NCBI RefSeq assembly: GCF_013365475.1
Contig: NZ_CP046579.1
Coordinates: 180,001 to 212,000, forward strand
Direction of reading: 5' to 3'
Source: Candidatus Saccharimonadota bacterium
GTDB lineage: Bacteria > Pseudomonadota > Alphaproteobacteria > Rickettsiales > Anaplasmataceae
DNA: 32,000 nt
The number at the start of each line of letters is the position of its first letter. Positions within the stretch are counted from its first letter, which is position 1. The position numbers were made by a program, and so were the translations under genes. Of this stretch, positions 27,473 through 32,000 are shown in pieces. Below the pieces are notes generated by a model. The model was not told the DNA's origin and made no database searches. It was given only the letters and a program-made list of their open reading frames with translations.

Positions 27473-27751
27473 TTATTGGTGGGTAATTAAAGAGTTAGTT
27501 TTAATAAAACAAATAATCAAGTTCATTATTTTACTATTTATATTGAGAGGGGGGTCTACTTTGCAAGTTATATAACAATATAATTCATAATCATCAAGGT
27601 TAACTATTTTTTCATACTCAGTTAGTTCTTCTAGAGAGAACTTATCTAGATACTTTAGTGCAAAATGCCCCAGAAGTATATCAGTCTCTTTGCATCCTCT
27701 ATGTAAGCTTCTATACATCAATTTTCTTCTTAATAAAGAGGTATTCACCAT
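27473..27751 (-). CDS. sdhE: FAD assembly factor SdhE (succinate dehydrogenase flavinylation factor, DUF339/SDHAF2 family)
   Basis: ...LLRRKLMYRSLHRGCKETDILLGHF...L..FSLEELTEYEKIV.LDDYELY... contains the family RGxxE motif and helix pattern. ATG 27751 (a 92-aa product) is preferred over the 27784 track start. Confidence 0.7.
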   Translation of the reverse strand: MVNTSLLRRKLMYRSLHRGCKETDILLGHFALKYLDKFSLEELTEYEKIVNLDDYELYCYITCKVDPPLNINSKIMNLIICFIKTNSLITHQ

Positions 27752-27851
27752 TTTTGTTAAACCAATTCTTAATATATGGATCAAATTAAACGCTTGTCAA
27801 GCAAGGTGTGTTTTAATACAATTAATATTTTATTCAAGACCTTAGATAGAA

Positions 27852-28976
27852 GTGGAGCTGATTTCTAGTCTTATCCATCAATTTAGCAATGGAATATATT
27901 ATTTTATCTCATTTTCCTTGATTATCTCTATTATAATATTTGTACATGAATATGGCCACTATATTATAGCTAAAGCATGCAAAGTAAGGGTTGAGTCTTT
28001 TTCTATAGGCTTTGGTCCTGAAGTTTTTGGTTTCTATGATGAATCTGGAACGAGATGGAAATTAAGTGCTATTCCACTTGGTGGTTATGTTAAAATGCTA
28101 GGAGATAATAGCACAGTAAATGCTTCAGCTAACCAACAGGAGCTTACTGAAGTAGAAAAGTTGTATTCACTTCATACAAAACCGAAGTATAAGAAAACAG
28201 CAATAATTTTTGCAGGGCCATTTGCTAATGTAGTATTAGCTGTTGTAGCTTTTACGTTATTTTTTAGTATAACAGGCTACCATCGTCCTCCACCGGTAAT
28301 TGGGAGTGTAATCAACGGTAGCGTAGCAGACCAAGCTGGTTTATTGCCAGGTGATATCATTACACAGGTTAATGAATGTGAGATAAAATATTTTGAAGAC
28401 ATTTCACGTGTTATGATGTCAAGCCCTGAGACTAAAATAGAAATCAGGTATATTCGAAATAATGAAAATTATAAAACTACCATGACTCCATTAATAGTTG
28501 AGGATAAAGATCTTTTTGGTGATGAGATAAAAAGAAAGACTATAGGGATTACTTCAGTTAATGTACCTGTAGTAAAACAATCATCTTTCCTTGAAGCTAT
28601 TAATCTATCCGTAAGTGAAACTTATCGTGTTATGCGCTTAACAATTAAAGCTCTCTTCCAAATTCTTATTGGCAAGCGAAGTATAAATGAAATAGGTGGA
28701 CCAATAAAAATTGCAAAATACTCTGGACAATCAACTAAAAAGGGGTTTGTTATGGTTTTGTATTTTATAGGGGTTCTTTCGGCCACTTTATCTGCAGTTA
28801 ATTTATTACCAATCCCACTACTAGATGGTGGACACTTATTTAACTATGTCATAGAGGTAATTATACGTAGAGATTTAAGTCCTAGTTATCACAAATATGC
28901 AGCTACTTTTGGTGCTACTATATTATTTTTGATGATGGCAATTGCAATCTTGAATGATATAAAACATCTCTTTTAA
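27852..28976 (+). CDS. rseP: RIP (site-2) zinc metalloprotease RseP
   Basis: HExxH in TM1 (...VHEYGHYIIAK...), a central PDZ region (...GSVADQAGLLPGDIITQVN...), and a C-terminal ...NLLPIPLLDGGH... motif. Confidence 0.92.
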   Translation: MELISSLIHQFSNGIYYFISFSLIISIIIFVHEYGHYIIAKACKVRVESFSIGFGPEVFGFYDESGTRWKLSAIPLGGYVKMLGDNSTVNASANQQELTEVEKLYSLHTKPKYKKTAIIFAGPFANVVLAVVAFTLFFSITGYHRPPPVIGSVINGSVADQAGLLPGDIITQVNECEIKYFEDISRVMMSSPETKIEIRYIRNNENYKTTMTPLIVEDKDLFGDEIKRKTIGITSVNVPVVKQSSFLEAINLSVSETYRVMRLTIKALFQILIGKRSINEIGGPIKIAKYSGQSTKKGFVMVLYFIGVLSATLSAVNLLPIPLLDGGHLFNYVIEVIIRRDLSPSYHKYAATFGATILFLMMAIAILNDIKHLF

Positions 28977-28977
28977 G

Positions 28978-31326
28978 ATGAATATGAAGAGGATATTTTA
29001 TATACTAATATTGGTTTTTATTTGTGTTCCTGATTTGCTTCTTGCTTTCGAAAACGATAATAAAATCCAGATAAATAACATTGAGTGTGTTGGTAATGAA
29101 CGGATCAGTGATCAAACGATAAGATTTTATACAAAGTTAGAACCTGGTAATTATGTAAATGATGATGACATAGATTCAATTACAAAGGGTTTATATAAAA
29201 CAAAATTGTTTGCTAGTGTTAGCGTTTATATTAACGATATAAAAAATCTAGTGGTAAAAGTTCAAGAAAATCCAATAATCAATAGGATAATATTAAAGGG
29301 TAATAAGCTGTTCAAAAATAAAGAGCTATTGAACAATGTAATTGGATCAAAACCTCTAACCATTTTTACTGAAATAAAGCTGCAGAATGACTTATTAAAC
29401 TTAGCTTCAACTTATAGAAATAATGGCAAAGTTAGTGCTAAAATTAAATATGAGCTAGGTAAACTTGATGGCAATAGAGTGGATTTAGTCTTCAAAATAA
29501 AGGAGGGCAAAACATCTAGAGTTAAGGATGTAAGGTTTATAGGTAATAAGAACTTTTCTGAAGACGAATTAGAGCAAGCTATTGAAGTGAAAAGTAATAA
29601 TATATTTAGTAGGTTATTTATGATCTTCTTTAAGGATATAGATCATTATTTCCCACGGTGTTTGTTAACTAGCAAAGAATTGCTTGATCGTTTTTATTCT
29701 TCTAAGGGCTATATTAAGAATAATGTTGAAGCAATTGCTGAAGTTGATAGTGACAATCAAGTTATTCTAACTTTTTTGATTGATGAAGGCAAACAGTACT
29801 TGTTTGGAAATAGCAAGGTTAATATTGAAACTAAAATTCAGGATTCACTAGAGGAGGAAATATTAGGTCTAGTAACTGAAGAAGATGGTAAAGTATTTGA
29901 TAAGTTTAAAGTTAGTAGTGTAGCAGAGAAAATAGGCAAATATTTAAGTGAGAGAGGATATCTATTCGCAAAGGTTGAACCAGAATATAAACAGCATGAT
30001 AATATTGTGGATGTAGCTTATAAAATACTGCCTGGTAATAGGATTTATATAAATCGAATTACGATTGACGGTAATGACCGTACTTTAGATAAGGTGATTA
30101 GAGGTAAGCTAAGCGTAGTAGAAGGTGATTTATATAATATATCTGAAATTCAGATGTCACATAAAAAATTAGTTAGCAGTGATTTTTTTGAAGCAGTAAA
30201 GATAAATAGCTACGCAGTTAACGACAATACAGTAAATCTTGACTTGAATATTAAAGAAAAAAATACTACTTCATTATACTTAGGAGGAGGAGTATCCCTT
30301 CCAGGAGGGTTATTTTTAAAAACTGACTTTAAAGACCGCAATTTGTTTGGTAGTGGAAAAGAGCTTTCCTTTGCTTTTGAGAAAAACCAATATACATTCT
30401 CAACTGGTTTGGAAGCTATTGAGAATAACTTTAATGACTCTGATACATCCCTAGGTGTAGGTGCGTTTTATGAAAAGCAAGATAAACCAAATACTGCTTT
30501 CAGTAGTCGTGACGTGGGGCTCTTTATAAAATTATCACATAGAATTACAGAAAATTTAGCTAATCTCTTTCGCTACTATTATAAATACAACTATATATAC
30601 TCAGGTAATAATAGTGGGAAAGTTGGCAATATCTCTAAAATGGTACTAGATCAAGAAGGTGAGCATCACATTTCATCATTAGGGTACACACTATCATATA
30701 GTAAACTAGATAATCTCTATGTTCCAAGGCAGGGATATTTATTAAGCTTGAGCCAGGATATCTCAGGACTGGGAGGAAATGTAAATTTTCTTAAGTCTGA
30801 ATTTTCGTCCTTTTATGCACACCCTATATTAAGGACCATAGATGATGATACAATATTACGCTTTAAAATGTCTGCAGGTCATATTTTTTCCTATACTGAT
30901 AAGGATCTAAGTATTAGCGAACACTTTTTTAAAGGTGGGAATGAGATTAGAGGATTTGACCTCTCTGGTATTGGACCAAGGACAAAGGGGAAAGGAGAGA
31001 GCTTGGGTGGTAAGACTTATTTTAATCTAACACAGCAAGTAGATTTCCCGCTACCAAAGTTGTATGATTACCTTGTTGTGAAGGGTTCATTGTTTATTGA
31101 CTATGCAATGCTTTTTGGCATAGATGATAAAAATAGGAAATATGTATGTGGGAAAGGCTATTATGATAGTAAACTTGTGAGAGTATCTCCTGGATTTGGT
31201 TTTTCAATGCCTTCTCCTTTTGGGGGTAGGGTTAGATTAGATTTTGGTTTTCCTCTAGTCAAAGAGCCTTATGATGTAATACCATCATCAAATATTAAGT
31301 TTTCTATTGAAACTGGAGCAAAATGA
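28978..31326 (+). CDS. bamA: outer membrane protein assembly factor BamA (Omp85)
   Basis: Signal peptide, then POTRA-type repeats (...I..I.V.GN.R..D..I...). The C-terminal Omp85 barrel has ...FFKGGNEIRGFDLSGIGPR... and a terminal ...IKFSIETGAK. 782 aa. It starts 1 nt after the rseP stop. Confidence 0.93.
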   Translation: MNMKRIFYILILVFICVPDLLLAFENDNKIQINNIECVGNERISDQTIRFYTKLEPGNYVNDDDIDSITKGLYKTKLFASVSVYINDIKNLVVKVQENPIINRIILKGNKLFKNKELLNNVIGSKPLTIFTEIKLQNDLLNLASTYRNNGKVSAKIKYELGKLDGNRVDLVFKIKEGKTSRVKDVRFIGNKNFSEDELEQAIEVKSNNIFSRLFMIFFKDIDHYFPRCLLTSKELLDRFYSSKGYIKNNVEAIAEVDSDNQVILTFLIDEGKQYLFGNSKVNIETKIQDSLEEEILGLVTEEDGKVFDKFKVSSVAEKIGKYLSERGYLFAKVEPEYKQHDNIVDVAYKILPGNRIYINRITIDGNDRTLDKVIRGKLSVVEGDLYNISEIQMSHKKLVSSDFFEAVKINSYAVNDNTVNLDLNIKEKNTTSLYLGGGVSLPGGLFLKTDFKDRNLFGSGKELSFAFEKNQYTFSTGLEAIENNFNDSDTSLGVGAFYEKQDKPNTAFSSRDVGLFIKLSHRITENLANLFRYYYKYNYIYSGNNSGKVGNISKMVLDQEGEHHISSLGYTLSYSKLDNLYVPRQGYLLSLSQDISGLGGNVNFLKSEFSSFYAHPILRTIDDDTILRFKMSAGHIFSYTDKDLSISEHFFKGGNEIRGFDLSGIGPRTKGKGESLGGKTYFNLTQQVDFPLPKLYDYLVVKGSLFIDYAMLFGIDDKNRKYVCGKGYYDSKLVRVSPGFGFSMPSPFGGRVRLDFGFPLVKEPYDVIPSSNIKFSIETGAK

Positions 31327-31886
31327 AGTACACACAATTTTTTATATCAGTTATTGCTTTAATTATTTCTCTGTTTGCAGCTCATAAGGCTATAAAACAA
31401 CATCCTCCTCAGGGAGCGTTCAATGCAAAAGTTGCAATCATTGATAGTGATCGAGTTATCAATGAATCTCTTGCAATACAAGGTATACAACGACAAATAA
31501 AAGAGCAAAGCTCTAGGCTGCAGAGAGAGTTTGAGAGTGAGCTAGAAAAATTTAAATCTTCAAAAGAAGAGTTTGAACTTCTATCAGAGGAAGCAAAAAA
31601 AGAAAAAACAGAACAGTTTAATAAGCATGCTGTGAACGCTAGAGATAACTATGCTAAAAAAATGTCGTATTTGGAAGAGGGATATAAGTATGCAATAGAT
31701 GATATTTTTAGTCAAATAAAAGAAATTGCTAAGAGAGCTGCAGAAAAAAATAGTATAGATTTGGTGCTCTTTCTTCCAAAGAAGAACCAAATTTTATACT
31801 CTATTGCTAAAGTTGATTTATCGGATGTATTATTAGAAAACATAAACAAAGAAATACGTGAGTTTACTTTGAAAACCATTAACTAG
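31323..31886 (+). CDS. skp: OmpH/Skp family periplasmic chaperone
   Basis: Signal-anchor N-terminus, ...KVAIIDSDRVINES..., then a long charged coiled-coil (...QREFESELEKFKSSKEEFELLSEEAKKEK...). It has an ATGA overlap with the bamA stop. Confidence 0.8.
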   Translation: MKYTQFFISVIALIISLFAAHKAIKQHPPQGAFNAKVAIIDSDRVINESLAIQGIQRQIKEQSSRLQREFESELEKFKSSKEEFELLSEEAKKEKTEQFNKHAVNARDNYAKKMSYLEEGYKYAIDDIFSQIKEIAKRAAEKNSIDLVLFLPKKNQILYSIAKVDLSDVLLENINKEIREFTLKTIN

Positions 31887-31901
31887 ACAGGTTAAGATAA
31901 C

Positions 31902-32000
31902 ATGCATCTCAATATCAGTGATATTGTAAAGATACTACCACATTCTTACCCATTTCTTTTAGTAGATAGGGTGATAGAGTGTAACCCTGGTAAAGATATA
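31902..32000 (+). CDS. fabZ: 3-hydroxyacyl-ACP dehydratase FabZ, N-terminal part (3' end lies outside the window)
   Basis: [32 protein letters not shown] matches the FabZ N-terminal [13 protein letters not shown] motif. It runs off the window end. Confidence 0.85.
   Translation, partial: MHLNISDIVKILPHSYPFLLVDRVIECNPGKDI

Noticed and set aside
1-32000. A scan for CRISPR arrays, long tandem repeats, IS elements or inverted terminal repeats, integrases, prophage genes and toxin-antitoxin or defence modules.
   Set aside because: I saw nothing by eye beyond short AT-only direct repeats (for example ATATAATTAT twice near 1527-1554). A computational repeat search (self dot-plot, TRF) would be needed to exclude diverged repeats.

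Overview
This is a strongly AT-rich chromosomal window from an obligate-intracellular alphaproteobacterium (Rickettsiales, Anaplasmataceae). My best guess, by inference only, is a Wolbachia-type endosymbiont with an eroding genome. That guess rests on four things: a WSP/OMP-1-family outer membrane protein ending ...GVGLAFNF, a retained mraY, bamA-skp running straight into fabZ with no lpxD/lpxA, and an orphan VirB8-like gene.

The content is almost entirely housekeeping. In order: pyrB (3' end), tRNA-Val, a CDF transporter, a WSP-like OMP, mtaB, gatC, prs, a PolB-exo-like exonuclease, era, glmS, yajC, tsaC-like, holB, virB8-like, rnhB, mraY, ftsK, yggT, dnaN, truA, recA, tRNA-Lys, tRNA-Ala, rpsA, sdhE, rseP, bamA, skp and fabZ (5' end).

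I found no transposase, integrase, phage, CRISPR, toxin-antitoxin or defence-type genes. I found no convincing novel multi-gene system and do not claim one.

What is unusual is the amount of ORF-free DNA, in tracts of about 2.5, 1.3, 0.8 and 1.0 kb. Hand translation shows that at least two tracts carry long reading frames interrupted by only a few in-frame stops, which suggests decayed genes. There is also a clear IHF-beta/HU-like gene directly after rpsA that is broken by at least two frameshifts. Several ORF-track starts are over-extended (CDF transporter, glmS, tsaC, rnhB, rpsA, sdhE, probably truA), and I give corrected starts. All homology calls come from motif recognition by eye. No database search was run.
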